A stretch of 41,017 nucleotides of DNA from a virus (taxonomy: Duplodnaviria > Caudoviricetes), in the IMG/VR virus record IMGVR_UViG_3300037524_000965, positions 1-41,017 of that record; one strand, given 5' to 3'. Of the stretch, positions 17,720 through 26,647 are shown in pieces. The notes beneath the pieces were generated by a model, which saw nothing but the letters and a program-made list of their open reading frames with translations, was not told the DNA's origin and searched no databases. A program made the translations under genes and the position numbers. Each line of letters opens with the position of its first letter. Within the stretch, counting starts at the first letter, position 1.

Positions 17720-18082
17720 ATGACTGCCAACAACGAACGCAGGCTGCGGCGCCAGTTTGCCAATGCCTTCCCAGGGCAGGTGTTCTGGGTGGAGAACGGC
17801 GGAGGTGGAACCTTCGGGTTCCCTGACGCGCTGCTGGCGATGGATGGGCACCTTGTGCCGATCGAGCTCAAGGCCAGCTATGGCATGCTGCGGCCTGTCC
17901 AGAAGATCGTGCACCTGCGGCTGGCTGAGCACGGTGTGCCCAGCTTTGTGCTGATCTCCGAAGGTAACAAGTACCGCCTGATCCACAGCGGAACAGCGGA
18001 CAGTGTCTGGTTTGTTAACATGGCTGATCTGCCGAGGCACATCCGTGACCTGAGCTGGCAGCCCAAGGAGGAAGTTGCGTAA
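17720..18082 (+). CDS. VRR-NUC / PD-(D/E)xK nuclease (probable Holliday junction resolvase)
   Basis: NE...GFPD.L......IELK...LRPVQ..H motif. Confidence 0.8.
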   Translation: MTANNERRLRRQFANAFPGQVFWVENGGGGTFGFPDALLAMDGHLVPIELKASYGMLRPVQKIVHLRLAEHGVPSFVLISEGNKYRLIHSGTADSVWFVNMADLPRHIRDLSWQPKEEVA

Positions 18083-18261
18083 TGGAGCAGTTTGTCCTAG
18101 CACTGATGGTTGCTCTGTCTTCTCCGAACGAGAAGCTGGAGCGCTGCAAGTGGGAGCCTGACAAGCCTCGCTGGGAGTACAACGGGTGCGCTGATCGCGA
18201 AGGCAAGGCCGACAAGCCTGGCAAGGGTGACAGCGATGGAAAGTCGAAAGGAACCGACTGA
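18082..18261 (+). CDS. 59-aa hypothetical protein with hydrophobic N-terminus (not in the ORF track)
   Basis: MEQFVLALMVALSSPNEKLERCKWEPDKPRWEYNGCADREGK...; AAGGAGG RBS; coupled at both ends. Confidence 0.6.
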   Translation: MEQFVLALMVALSSPNEKLERCKWEPDKPRWEYNGCADREGKADKPGKGDSDGKSKGTD

Positions 18262-18920
18262 TGAAGAGCATCGCACTAGCAGCCCTGCTGCTCGCCGGCA
18301 CCGCACTAGGTGCTCAGGGAGCAACATTCAGCTTCACCACTGACAATGCCAGCTTCAGCGGCACGGTCGGTGGCACCAATAGGTCCTCGACGAGCTCAGG
18401 CGACAATGCCAGCTTGCGCTGGGGGCAGAACGTTGGCTACGGCCAGTCTTCATTCACATGGGATGGTTATGATGGAACCGTTGAAGCTATCGAAGGGCTT
18501 GCCACGAACTTCACGTTTGGTGAGATCAAGCACCGCAATGAACCTATTGGTTCTGGCACTGGTATTCGCAGCACTGTACTTAACTTTGAGCTGGGTCTTC
18601 TCGGGGTTGTTGTCCCTGTTCAGCTGAACATCCGTCACACCGAGACACCCAACAACGACTCGCTGAGCTGCTGCGCTGACATCGTCTCGATGAGTTCGGT
18701 GCTGAACAAGGTGATCGAGAAGGATGGCTTCCTGGCCACGCTGTCGATCACTCCGGTGTTCTTCTCAACACCTGAGAAGAGCTCAAGGTCGAAGCTGTTC
18801 GTTGGCTCATTGACCTACAACCGCATCCCGGAGATTCCGGTGCCCGCAGCCCTGCCGCTGTTCGTTTCTGGACTGGCAGGGATCGGGTGGCTGGCAAAGA
18901 GCCGTCGTCGCAGAGTCTAA
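18261..18920 (+). CDS. Secreted protein with VPLPA-CTERM (PEP-CTERM-type) sorting signal; THxN/choice-of-anchor K-like domain
   Basis: Signal peptide MKSIALAALLLAGTALGAQG-A; KHRNEPI and HTETPN motifs; C-terminal IPVPAALPLFVSGLAGIGWLAKSRRRRV. Confidence 0.85.
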   Translation: MKSIALAALLLAGTALGAQGATFSFTTDNASFSGTVGGTNRSSTSSGDNASLRWGQNVGYGQSSFTWDGYDGTVEAIEGLATNFTFGEIKHRNEPIGSGTGIRSTVLNFELGLLGVVVPVQLNIRHTETPNNDSLSCCADIVSMSSVLNKVIEKDGFLATLSITPVFFSTPEKSSRSKLFVGSLTYNRIPEIPVPAALPLFVSGLAGIGWLAKSRRRRV

Positions 18921-18940
18921 TCCCTGCTCTGCGATACTTG

Positions 18941-18972
18941 GCCGGTAGCCTAATCAGCTACCGGCTCTTTTT
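18941..18972 (+). terminator. Rho-independent terminator at the convergence of the two gene blocks
   Basis: GCCGGTAGC-ctaatca-GCTACCGGC followed by TCTTTTT. Confidence 0.8.
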
Positions 18973-19142
18973 ATGAGTGGGACTGGAGAGCGGCTGAGCC
19001 CGTTGCCGCCGCACTTCTCACAGACACGCCACCAAGTGTCCGGCTGCGTTGAGCTCATGTACCAGCCAGCCACATTGGCTGCTGGGTCCCGGATAACGCG
19101 CTCCTCCTTGCCGCTGCCATGGCACGCTGAGCACAGGTCCAT
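18954..19142 (-). CDS. Small zinc-finger protein (DnaJ-type CxxCxGxG repeats)
   Basis: CSACHGSG and CEKCGGNG; ATG overlaps the gcrA stop; GGAGGAG RBS. Confidence 0.7.
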   Translation of the reverse strand: MDLCSACHGSGKEERVIRDPAANVAGWYMSSTQPDTWWRVCEKCGGNGLSRSPVPLIKRAGS

Positions 19143-19633
19143 CAGGCTCTCCTCCGACCGGGCAGCGGCCTGAACACAATGGCCTTGTGGCCAGGGCACC
19201 AGGCGTCGTTGCCTTGCGTCGCCAGCCCGCAGAACAGCCACCTGTGCCGGGCGATCTCCTTGACTGGGTAGCGACACTGGTTATGGCGGAGCTGCAGCAG
19301 CGGGATCCCCTTGGAGCCGACCAGCAGGACTGGCTCCATCTCGGTGACAATGGGCTGGTCGGCTAAAATGGTCGCTGGAGAGCGTTCTGCCGGGGGAGTA
19401 GGCTCCCTAGGGGTGTCCTCGGGAGGCCAGTGGAGGACCACGGCAGGCCTGTCGGCGGCCCTCTTCCGAGGGTAGGCAGCGCGGCGCTCAATGTCAACAC
19501 CCTTCTGGCGTGCCCGAGAGATGATTCCGGCCACCACATTCCGGGTCACCCCGAGCGCCACCGCTATCTGCCGAGCAGTCTCGCCGGCATTGAAACGGGC
19601 CACTACCTGATTGATCAGCTCTTCACGCGGCAT
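19142..19633 (-). CDS. gcrA: GcrA cell-cycle regulator homolog
   Basis: N-terminal HTH G.TARQIA.ALGVTRNVVAGIISR; C-terminal LLQLRHNQCRYPV...FCG......WCPGH..I.F signature. Confidence 0.9.
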   Translation of the reverse strand: MPREELINQVVARFNAGETARQIAVALGVTRNVVAGIISRARQKGVDIERRAAYPRKRAADRPAVVLHWPPEDTPREPTPPAERSPATILADQPIVTEMEPVLLVGSKGIPLLQLRHNQCRYPVKEIARHRWLFCGLATQGNDAWCPGHKAIVFRPLPGRRRA

Positions 19634-19812
19634 CACTTTTCCTCCTTGGGCTGCCACTGACCACACCACCAATGCTCCTGCGTTCCGGGGAACGGCGGAG
19701 GGTTCATGCGGCACACGGTGTAATCGCGACCGCCAATTGTTGCGCTGTAGCAGAACCTGCAGGTCCTGCACAGGCGCTCCTGCTTGAAGTGCAGCGTGTC
19801 AAGGTTGTTCAT
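19633..19812 (-). CDS. Small Cys-rich metal-binding protein
   Basis: CRTCRFC...C..NPP......WWCGQW; coupled at both ends. Confidence 0.65.
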   Translation of the reverse strand: MNNLDTLHFKQERLCRTCRFCYSATIGGRDYTVCRMNPPPFPGTQEHWWCGQWQPKEEK

Positions 19813-20081
19813 CAAACGAACCTCTTGGTGATTGAGAACAGCTTGTCCTTGTGCCATGTGGTGCGGAACACCTCAATGTCATATGGCAGTTCCTTGGCGA
19901 TGATGGTGTTCTCCAGCCACGCCAGCAGCGCGTTGAAGTTCTTCTTGGTAATGCGCTTGTCGCTCTTGTAGAACTCTTCCTTGGTAGCACGGTCACCAGA
20001 TGGCATAGCCTTGATGAATGCTGCCTTGATTGAGTGCGGGTTGATCTTGAGCTGGTTGATCAGATCTTCATTCAAACTCAT
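19812..20081 (-). CDS. Hypothetical protein
   Basis: GAGGAGG RBS; fills the operon gap. Confidence 0.65.
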   Translation of the reverse strand: MSLNEDLINQLKINPHSIKAAFIKAMPSGDRATKEEFYKSDKRITKKNFNALLAWLENTIIAKELPYDIEVFRTTWHKDKLFSITKRFV

Positions 20082-20083
20082 AC

Positions 20084-21751
20084 TCAGTCCTCCTCTTCGG
20101 TTAACATAAGCCGGATCTTGTCCAGCGCCAGCGAAGCGATGTCTTGCTTGTCGATCAGGTTCTTAATGATGTGGTGGTCGATGGACTTGTCAGCCATAAT
20201 GTCGTAGTAAGTGACTGAGCCCAGTGTGCCAAGACGGTGCACCCGGTCCTCGCTCTGCTGCCGGTCCAGTGACGAGAACGAGTTGGAGTAGTACACCACA
20301 TCCCTGCACCGCCCCTGCAGGTTCAACCCAACGCCACCAGCCGCAGGGTTAGACACGAAGAACCGTGCCTCTCCCGACATGAATCGCTTCACAGCCTCTG
20401 CGCGTTCGCCATGTGCTGTGCCGCCGTAGTAGGTGACGACTGAATCATCGCCGTACTCCTTGCGAAGCCTGTGGGCGATACGCTCAATGTCGTTGCGGAA
20501 GCGTGCCCACACAATGACCGGGCCATTGATCTGGTCGATGATGTTGGACAACACACTCAGCCGTTCTTCAGAGAACTCTGTGAGCTCGCCGTCCTCGCCA
20601 GTGGGCAGGTAGCCCGACAGGATCTGCTGCAGCCGCACAAGGCTGGCGGCAACTGTGGCTGAGGTCACTGCCTGCCCATCCACAAAGGTCATCAGCTCGC
20701 GCTTCATCTCCTTGTACTTCTTGGCGGTGCTCTCGGACATGGCGTAAGGCACCTTGATAAACTGCTTCTCTGGCAGTGTGAGCACCTCGTCCTTGGTGAG
20801 CCGAGAAGCGTGATCTGCGATCTTCAGGTACAGGTCATCAATGTTCCTGCTGCCAACCACCTGCCGCATCTCGAAGCCACCCATGATGCAGTAGCGTGAG
20901 CGGAATGACCACAGGTTGGCACAGGCCAAGATAGACTTGTCAAGGAACAGGAACTGTGAGAACATGTCCTCCACATTGCGTGCAATCGGGGTGCCAGTCA
21001 GGATGCGCCTGAACTTGCACTTGGCACCGAGTGTGATGGCTGAGCGCGTTCTGCTGGCGGACTGGCTCTTGATGTAGTGCGACTCGTCAACCACAAGCAG
21101 CACCTGCCCATCATTGGCCTCGATGAACTCGGTGACTGCTTCTGAGCCTCTGCCAATCAGCGACTCAATGTTGATGCACAGCACATTCAGCGCATCAGGC
21201 TCGTTCATCTTGGCACGCTTGGGCATGCCACCCTTCCAGAGCAGGATGTTGATGTTGTGGGCTGAGTCCCAATGCTGGGGGATCTGCTCGTTGGCCCATG
21301 CCCTGTGCACACCATTGGGTGCTAGCACGACCATGGCCTTGATCATGTTTGATGCGTACAGCTTGCCCGCCTCAGCGATCAGCAGCGCGGTCTTGCCCAG
21401 ACCCATCTCCCAGAGCACAGCATAGGCTTTCTTGCCCAGCATCTTGTCAAGGGTCTCGAGCTGGTAGTCGCGCAGCTCAACCTTGGGGTTGTAGGGGATC
21501 TGGCTGGCCGGCAGCAGAGGGTAGCGATCAATCAGCGCCTCAAACACATCATCTGTGCCCTCAATCACCTTCCACTCAATGTTTGGCACACTCTTGAGCA
21601 GCGCGATGTTGTCCTTGGTGGCTCTGAACTTGACAGACCTGTCAGCGTTCCACTCCTTCTTGCCACGCAGTGTGGTGACCTGCGAGATGAAGCTGATGGA
21701 GAACGGTCCATAAGCCACACCGTGGTCGCCAGTGATCTCAACCCTAATCAT
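20084..21751 (-). CDS. SNF2-family (SF2) helicase/ATPase
   Basis: LRDYQ, EMGLGKT, VVDESH, LTGTP, GGVGLNLQ and QSEDRVHRLG motifs. Confidence 0.92.
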   Translation of the reverse strand: MIRVEITGDHGVAYGPFSISFISQVTTLRGKKEWNADRSVKFRATKDNIALLKSVPNIEWKVIEGTDDVFEALIDRYPLLPASQIPYNPKVELRDYQLETLDKMLGKKAYAVLWEMGLGKTALLIAEAGKLYASNMIKAMVVLAPNGVHRAWANEQIPQHWDSAHNINILLWKGGMPKRAKMNEPDALNVLCINIESLIGRGSEAVTEFIEANDGQVLLVVDESHYIKSQSASRTRSAITLGAKCKFRRILTGTPIARNVEDMFSQFLFLDKSILACANLWSFRSRYCIMGGFEMRQVVGSRNIDDLYLKIADHASRLTKDEVLTLPEKQFIKVPYAMSESTAKKYKEMKRELMTFVDGQAVTSATVAASLVRLQQILSGYLPTGEDGELTEFSEERLSVLSNIIDQINGPVIVWARFRNDIERIAHRLRKEYGDDSVVTYYGGTAHGERAEAVKRFMSGEARFFVSNPAAGGVGLNLQGRCRDVVYYSNSFSSLDRQQSEDRVHRLGTLGSVTYYDIMADKSIDHHIIKNLIDKQDIASLALDKIRLMLTEEED

Positions 21752-24576
21752 GTCAAGTCTCCAAGGTACTTGATTGCATCAACGCGCAGCATTCGGAAGT
21801 CAGAAGGGCACTTGCCCCTCACGAGGTATAATGCCCTGCCAGCCTTGCCTCGGTCAACAACTTCCTGTCCGAGCTTGGGGAAGCGCCAGCGATCGATCTT
21901 GGCGAAGATCTCGCCAGTGTCGTCCTGCATGAACATATTGAGTGTGGCAGTTGGGCCATCAACCTTGTAGCCTCGGCGAGCGATGTTGACTTCCTCGTTC
22001 TCATCACGCGGTGCAATCTTGGTGACCAAGGCTAGCACCCGGAACTCGCCTGAGTCGCCCTGCTTGATGTCGCCCACATTGGTGATCTTGCCATTCAGCA
22101 CAACCTTCGATTCAGCCAGCAGCTGGCTGCCACGCTCGCTGATTGGGTACAATGTGTCAATCGGGGTGACAGCGTTGGCCAGTCGCTTCTCAAGAACAGC
22201 ACGTAGGGTCTTGCCGGTATCGCGAGACGTCATGATCTCCTTGATGTAGGCCGGACCGATTCCCTTGACGTTTGAGAGCGGGCCAACCAGCACCTTCTTG
22301 CCATTGACCAGATTTGTCGACCAGCGAGCAGCTGACAGCTCACGGTCGAATGGGATGTACTCAATGCCTTCGCGTGACAGCTCGCGCAAGATGGCGATCT
22401 GCTTCAGTTGGTCGTCGGTGTAGTCCAGCGTGGCTGCTGCGAACTCAACTGGGTGGTGAGCCTTGAACCACATGCAGTAGTAGGACACATACGCATAGGC
22501 CACAGCGTGCGCCTTGTTGAAGCACCACGCACCGTAGGCGCACAGGTCGTCCCACATCTTGTCGAGAACGTGATCGGAGATCCCCTTGGCGCGTGCACCT
22601 GCCTTCCAGCGGTCACCGTACTGGTCAAAGAACTCCTTGCCCAGTGACTTGCTCATTGCCTTGCGCAGCGCAGTGACGTCTTCCCAGCTGAGCCCACCAA
22701 TGTTGCGCCCGATGTTCATCACCTGCTCCTGATAGCAGATGACGCCCAGCGTGTCGTTGGTCTCTGGCTCGAAGGCTGGATCTGGGTAGCTGACTGGCTC
22801 CTTGCCAGACATGCGCAGCACCCAGCTCATGGTGCCACCTGAAGCCATTGGACCTGGTCGTGCCAGAGCTGTGATGGACACAATGTCGTTGAACTGAGAC
22901 ACCCTCACCTGCCTGCAGATGGACTGTAGCGAGGTGCCTTCAAACTGGAAGATGCCAGAGAAGTGCTGCTTGTTGATCACATCATAGGCTGCAGCGTCGT
23001 CCAGCGGAATGGTCTCAAGAAACCGCCTGTTCCTGATGCCCAGCAGCTCCAGCGTGCGCTCGAAGATGGAAAGCTGAGTCAGTCCCAGCGCGTCGATCTT
23101 TAGCAGGTTGAGCTTCTCAGCGTCGTACTTGTCGCACTGCGCAACACCACTGGCATCAACAGCCACATGATCAAGGATCTGTCCGCGCGAGATCAGCAGC
23201 CCTGCTGAGTGCTGGCTGTGGCCATAGGGGTGGCCTTCCATCTCAGAGACGCGGGTGATGAATGGATACTTCTCAACCAGCTTCTTGCCCTGCGCAGTCT
23301 CGTTGAATGTGTCGCTCATCTTCTGGAGCGCGCGGCTGTCGCCTGAGGACCGCTTGATGATTGAATCGGTGACTGAGCGGATCTCGTAGTCAGGGATCTG
23401 AAGCTCCTTGGCAGCCATGTTGAGCAGGGAGCGTGGCTGCAGCATTGTGATGGTGCCGAGGCGCGCAACGTGATCCTCGCCATACATCTGGCGCGCATAC
23501 TTGAACACCTCGTCGCGGTGATCAGCTGAGAAGTCGATGTCGATGTCGGGAAGGTCCTTGCGGTTGATGTCGATGAACCGTTCAAAGATCAGCCCGTGCT
23601 CCAGCGGATCCACTGTGGTAATGTCGAGCAGGTAGCACACCAGCGAGCCGCATGACGAGCCGCGTGCTGGCCCAACGATCATGCGCTCCTTGGCCCAGCG
23701 GATCATGCCTGACACAATGTAGAAGTAGTCCTCGAACTTCTTCTTTGCGATCAGGTCCAGCTCATAGCTCATTCGCTGCATGTACTCAGGTCGCGACAGG
23801 TCACAACCCTTCTGCTGCGCACCTTCAAGGCACAGCGCCAACAGCGTCTTGGACTTGGTGGGTGTGAACATCTCACCAGGGCTGAGCTCAACGCCAGAAG
23901 CCACCTCAAGCAGTGTGTCCCTGTGCACCAGAGCCTTGTCCAGCTCTGTGGCCTGCAGTGGCAGCTGAGCCAGGGATGCGCGCCATTCAGCTTCAGTGAG
24001 GATGTGCCGAGGGTAGGTCACCGAGTCAGCCCGTGCTCCTGCCAGCAGCTGGTACGGCACATCGTCAGAAGCCCTAGGGAAGCGATTCGCAGAGGTGGCT
24101 AGGAGGGGCCAGCCCGACCCCATGGCCTTGTCCAGCACCATTGCAGTGGTGGCCGGCGACAGACTCTGATACAGACCTGGAGTCGCAGGGCAGAGGAACA
24201 GGTTGGCCGGTCCAGCAATGGCATTCACCCTGCCCAGTGCCACAGCCTCGTAGGCCTGATCGTAGGTGAGCTGCCAGCCCTGCCCGGAGGCCACCTGCAC
24301 GAGATTGTTGATGTCCCTTAGGGAGTGCCTAGGGAAGAACGACCATTCGTCCAGCGGCCTGCGCCTGCCCTTCAGCTCGTTGCCTACCGCGAGGGTAACG
24401 CCGAACGCTGGCTTGAATCCCAGCTTGCGGCAGGTGGCTTCCCACTGGACGAATGAGAATGTTGAGTTGAGGTCAGCGATCGGCAGCTGCCGGTAGCCAC
24501 ACTCAATCAGCCTATCCGCCACAGCACGCAGCGAGCCATAGGCAGTGCGGAAGCTATAACCGGACCTTACTACCAT
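21748..24576 (-). CDS. dnaE: DNA polymerase III alpha subunit-like (family C)
   Basis: GPARGSSCGSLVCYLLDIT, FERF, LPDIDIDF, HSAG, LLKIDALGL, GIFQFE, YQEQVM and FNKAHAVAY motifs; degenerate PHP N-terminus. Confidence 0.95.
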   Translation of the reverse strand: MVVRSGYSFRTAYGSLRAVADRLIECGYRQLPIADLNSTFSFVQWEATCRKLGFKPAFGVTLAVGNELKGRRRPLDEWSFFPRHSLRDINNLVQVASGQGWQLTYDQAYEAVALGRVNAIAGPANLFLCPATPGLYQSLSPATTAMVLDKAMGSGWPLLATSANRFPRASDDVPYQLLAGARADSVTYPRHILTEAEWRASLAQLPLQATELDKALVHRDTLLEVASGVELSPGEMFTPTKSKTLLALCLEGAQQKGCDLSRPEYMQRMSYELDLIAKKKFEDYFYIVSGMIRWAKERMIVGPARGSSCGSLVCYLLDITTVDPLEHGLIFERFIDINRKDLPDIDIDFSADHRDEVFKYARQMYGEDHVARLGTITMLQPRSLLNMAAKELQIPDYEIRSVTDSIIKRSSGDSRALQKMSDTFNETAQGKKLVEKYPFITRVSEMEGHPYGHSQHSAGLLISRGQILDHVAVDASGVAQCDKYDAEKLNLLKIDALGLTQLSIFERTLELLGIRNRRFLETIPLDDAAAYDVINKQHFSGIFQFEGTSLQSICRQVRVSQFNDIVSITALARPGPMASGGTMSWVLRMSGKEPVSYPDPAFEPETNDTLGVICYQEQVMNIGRNIGGLSWEDVTALRKAMSKSLGKEFFDQYGDRWKAGARAKGISDHVLDKMWDDLCAYGAWCFNKAHAVAYAYVSYYCMWFKAHHPVEFAAATLDYTDDQLKQIAILRELSREGIEYIPFDRELSAARWSTNLVNGKKVLVGPLSNVKGIGPAYIKEIMTSRDTGKTLRAVLEKRLANAVTPIDTLYPISERGSQLLAESKVVLNGKITNVGDIKQGDSGEFRVLALVTKIAPRDENEEVNIARRGYKVDGPTATLNMFMQDDTGEIFAKIDRWRFPKLGQEVVDRGKAGRALYLVRGKCPSDFRMLRVDAIKYLGDLT

Positions 24577-25057
24577 CTTCCTTGACCTTCTTCCACTGCG
24601 CTAGAGCTCTTGCTCTTGCGGCGTCGCGCTGCTCCTGAGAACTCCAACGAGCCACCAAGCAATTCTTCGACGGCTTGGTTCCTGCTTTTGCCTTGGCCAT
24701 ATTTGCACGAGCCTCTGGAGAGTGCTTATAGCCAGTCAGCGTTTTGCGAATCTTCTCTCTGAATGTTGGGTGCCGAGCAAGCCTGTCCTGCATGTTGTCT
24801 TTCTGTGTTCCGAAATACAAATGCTTAGGGTTCACACACCATCCATTATCACAGGTATGGCAAATCAAGCCTCTTAGTTTTGTTCCACTCCACCTTGGAA
24901 TCTTCTTGACATTCAGATGAAACGAAAGCCTATGTGCAGTCCATTTCTTGCCTCTGTGCCGAACAAGCATGGGGCGCTTTGTGTTCAGTTTCCCTTTCGA
25001 ATTAATGCAGGCAATGCATCCTGTCTCTAAGAGAACCGTTTCGATTGGGAAGATCAT
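24554..25057 (-). CDS. HNH homing endonuclease with NUMOD3-like DNA-binding tail
   Basis: AHRLSF...ICHTCDNGWCVNPKHL..GTQKDNMQD; G.KHSPEARANMAKAK.G. Confidence 0.9.
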   Translation of the reverse strand: MIFPIETVLLETGCIACINSKGKLNTKRPMLVRHRGKKWTAHRLSFHLNVKKIPRWSGTKLRGLICHTCDNGWCVNPKHLYFGTQKDNMQDRLARHPTFREKIRKTLTGYKHSPEARANMAKAKAGTKPSKNCLVARWSSQEQRDAARARALAQWKKVKEDGSKVRL

Positions 25058-25590
25058 GGCAGCACCCCATCAGCCTTCAGCCGCACAATGCACCGCACCA
25101 GCGCCTGCACGTCGTAGCGTGCGCGGTGAGCTGAGTCGAATTTCTCCCCAAACAGGTGCTCGTGCAGCTCAACCAGCTTGAGGCGGTATCCCTTGATGGC
25201 CATTGTCTGCTCAACCGTGCAGACCAGCTGAGGCCACTTGACAGGCTCGCGCTCAGCACGCTTCATTGCGATGTCAATGATGTCGCGGTCAAAGCTGGCG
25301 TTGTGTGCGTAGACCGTTGGGACGCTCTCGAGGAACTCTGCGATAGCGGGGACCACCTCAGAGACATCGGGAGCGTCCTTCAGGTCTTCATCTGTCAAGC
25401 CGGTGATCTTGGTGATCACCGCTGGCAGGGGAAGAGCGCGTGGCTTGATCAGGAGCTCAAGCTCCTTGAGGATCTCGCCTTCAGGTGTGAAGACACAGCC
25501 ATAGAACTCTATCATCTCAGGCTGGCGGTCGAGTGGCAGCAGAGTGGACTTGACCAGACCTGTGGTCTCGGTGTCGAATGCGATTAGCAC
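25054..25590 (-). CDS. dnaQ: DEDDh 3'-5' exonuclease (Pol III epsilon-like)
   Basis: FDTETTG, AHNASFD and AHRARYDV motifs; GTG start after AAGGAGG. Confidence 0.9.
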   Translation of the reverse strand: MLIAFDTETTGLVKSTLLPLDRQPEMIEFYGCVFTPEGEILKELELLIKPRALPLPAVITKITGLTDEDLKDAPDVSEVVPAIAEFLESVPTVYAHNASFDRDIIDIAMKRAEREPVKWPQLVCTVEQTMAIKGYRLKLVELHEHLFGEKFDSAHRARYDVQALVRCIVRLKADGVLP

Positions 25591-25796
25591 TTGGGTGCCT
25601 CCTTCAGAGCATTGGCTGCTGCCATAGCATAGCATCCGCTGCAGTCCTCATACATGTACATGTCGTGGACACAGGTGTCGTGCTTTGATGGCTGATTGTC
25701 CTTACGGTAGCGCTCCCCGATTGGTCGGGGAACGTCACCACTCACGATTGCCAGCAGAGCCTTCTCCAAGAAGGCGATGCGAGCCTCTGCACTCAC
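25584..25796 (-). CDS. Hypothetical Cys/His-containing protein
   Basis: ATGA-coupled; HDTCVH...DCSGC. Confidence 0.6.
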   Translation of the reverse strand: MSAEARIAFLEKALLAIVSGDVPRPIGERYRKDNQPSKHDTCVHDMYMYEDCSGCYAMAAANALKEAPKC

Positions 25797-26122
25797 TTAC
25801 GCTTCTCCTGTGGCATGGCATTGACGCGATCAGCGATCAGCCCGTCAATCTCGCGCAGCATCTGCGAATACACTGTGTTGTCGTCCAACGAGTCGTAATG
25901 GCCACCGCGCGTGAACATGTTGGCATAGCGGCTCAGCTTGGAAACCATCTGCACAAAGATGCCGTAGCGATTGAAGTCGTCGACAGTCTGCAGGGTGATG
26001 CCATTGGGGAACAGTCCCTGCATCACATAGCCGTGCATCAGATAGTTGTCGCCATACAGAGCAGCGCGCTGCTGGTAGATCTCAGCAGCCTCGCGCAGCG
26101 TATCCGGAACGGTCTTAGTCAT
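25793..26122 (-). CDS. All-alpha nucleotide-modification-associated protein (DUF6378/Nmad1-like; possible NTP pyrophosphatase)
   Basis: EAAEI..QR..LYGD...KLSR......DSLDD..VY pattern. Confidence 0.6.
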   Translation of the reverse strand: MTKTVPDTLREAAEIYQQRAALYGDNYLMHGYVMQGLFPNGITLQTVDDFNRYGIFVQMVSKLSRYANMFTRGGHYDSLDDNTVYSQMLREIDGLIADRVNAMPQEKRK

Positions 26123-26130
26123 TACACACC

Positions 26131-26646
26131 TCACACTTGGGGGAAGATCTTGAGGCCAGGAACTCCAGCCTGAGCGAAAGAAGTAAGCACATCATCCCGA
26201 TCGTCAACAACAAAAGCGATCCTGCTCAAATCACCCTTGAACAAGTAGCGCATCAACTTCACCTTCAGCTCGCAGGAGGGTGTGACGTCATCATCGCCGG
26301 GTCGCATCACGATGCAATCGTACGGCACCCTGTGCTCGCGCAACCACTCCTGAGTCTGGTGCACCCACTTGTGTGGGCGTGCTGTGCAGATCACGATTGG
26401 TGAGCCACCATTGCGGATGGACCAAACCAGCTGCTTGACATGAGGAACAACAGGGTCGTCGCCCTGGTGCTGATGATAAGCGTCCCAGCCCTGCCAGTGC
26501 GGTGCACCCGGAAGCAGATGGTCGCGCCAAGCTGAGTCGCAGATGGTGTGGTCAAGGTCGAACACCACCGCCTTAGCGTTGGGCATGAAGGTCTGATCAG
26601 GTGGCCATTGCATGTCTGTCTCGTGCTCGTTGTCGTACTGAAGCAT
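26131..26646 (-). CDS. HAD-family phosphatase (polynucleotide kinase/phosphatase C-terminal-like)
   Basis: VFDLDHTI (DxDxT), CTARP, T.EWL, MRP..D..P...K and VDDR motifs. Confidence 0.85.
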   Translation of the reverse strand: MLQYDNEHETDMQWPPDQTFMPNAKAVVFDLDHTICDSAWRDHLLPGAPHWQGWDAYHQHQGDDPVVPHVKQLVWSIRNGGSPIVICTARPHKWVHQTQEWLREHRVPYDCIVMRPGDDDVTPSCELKVKLMRYLFKGDLSRIAFVVDDRDDVLTSFAQAGVPGLKIFPQV

Positions 26647-26647
26647 G

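Noticed and set aside
23068-23082. QLSIF in DnaE resembling a beta-clamp-binding motif
   Set aside because: It directly follows KIDALGL, the conserved palm motif (equivalent to KFDFLGLRTL), so it is a structural helix rather than an exposed clamp motif.
21748-25590. Group I intron or intein splitting a single exonuclease-polymerase gene
   Set aside because: Both flanking genes have their own starts, stops and RBSs, the HNH ORF fills the whole gap, and DnaE shows no intein motifs.
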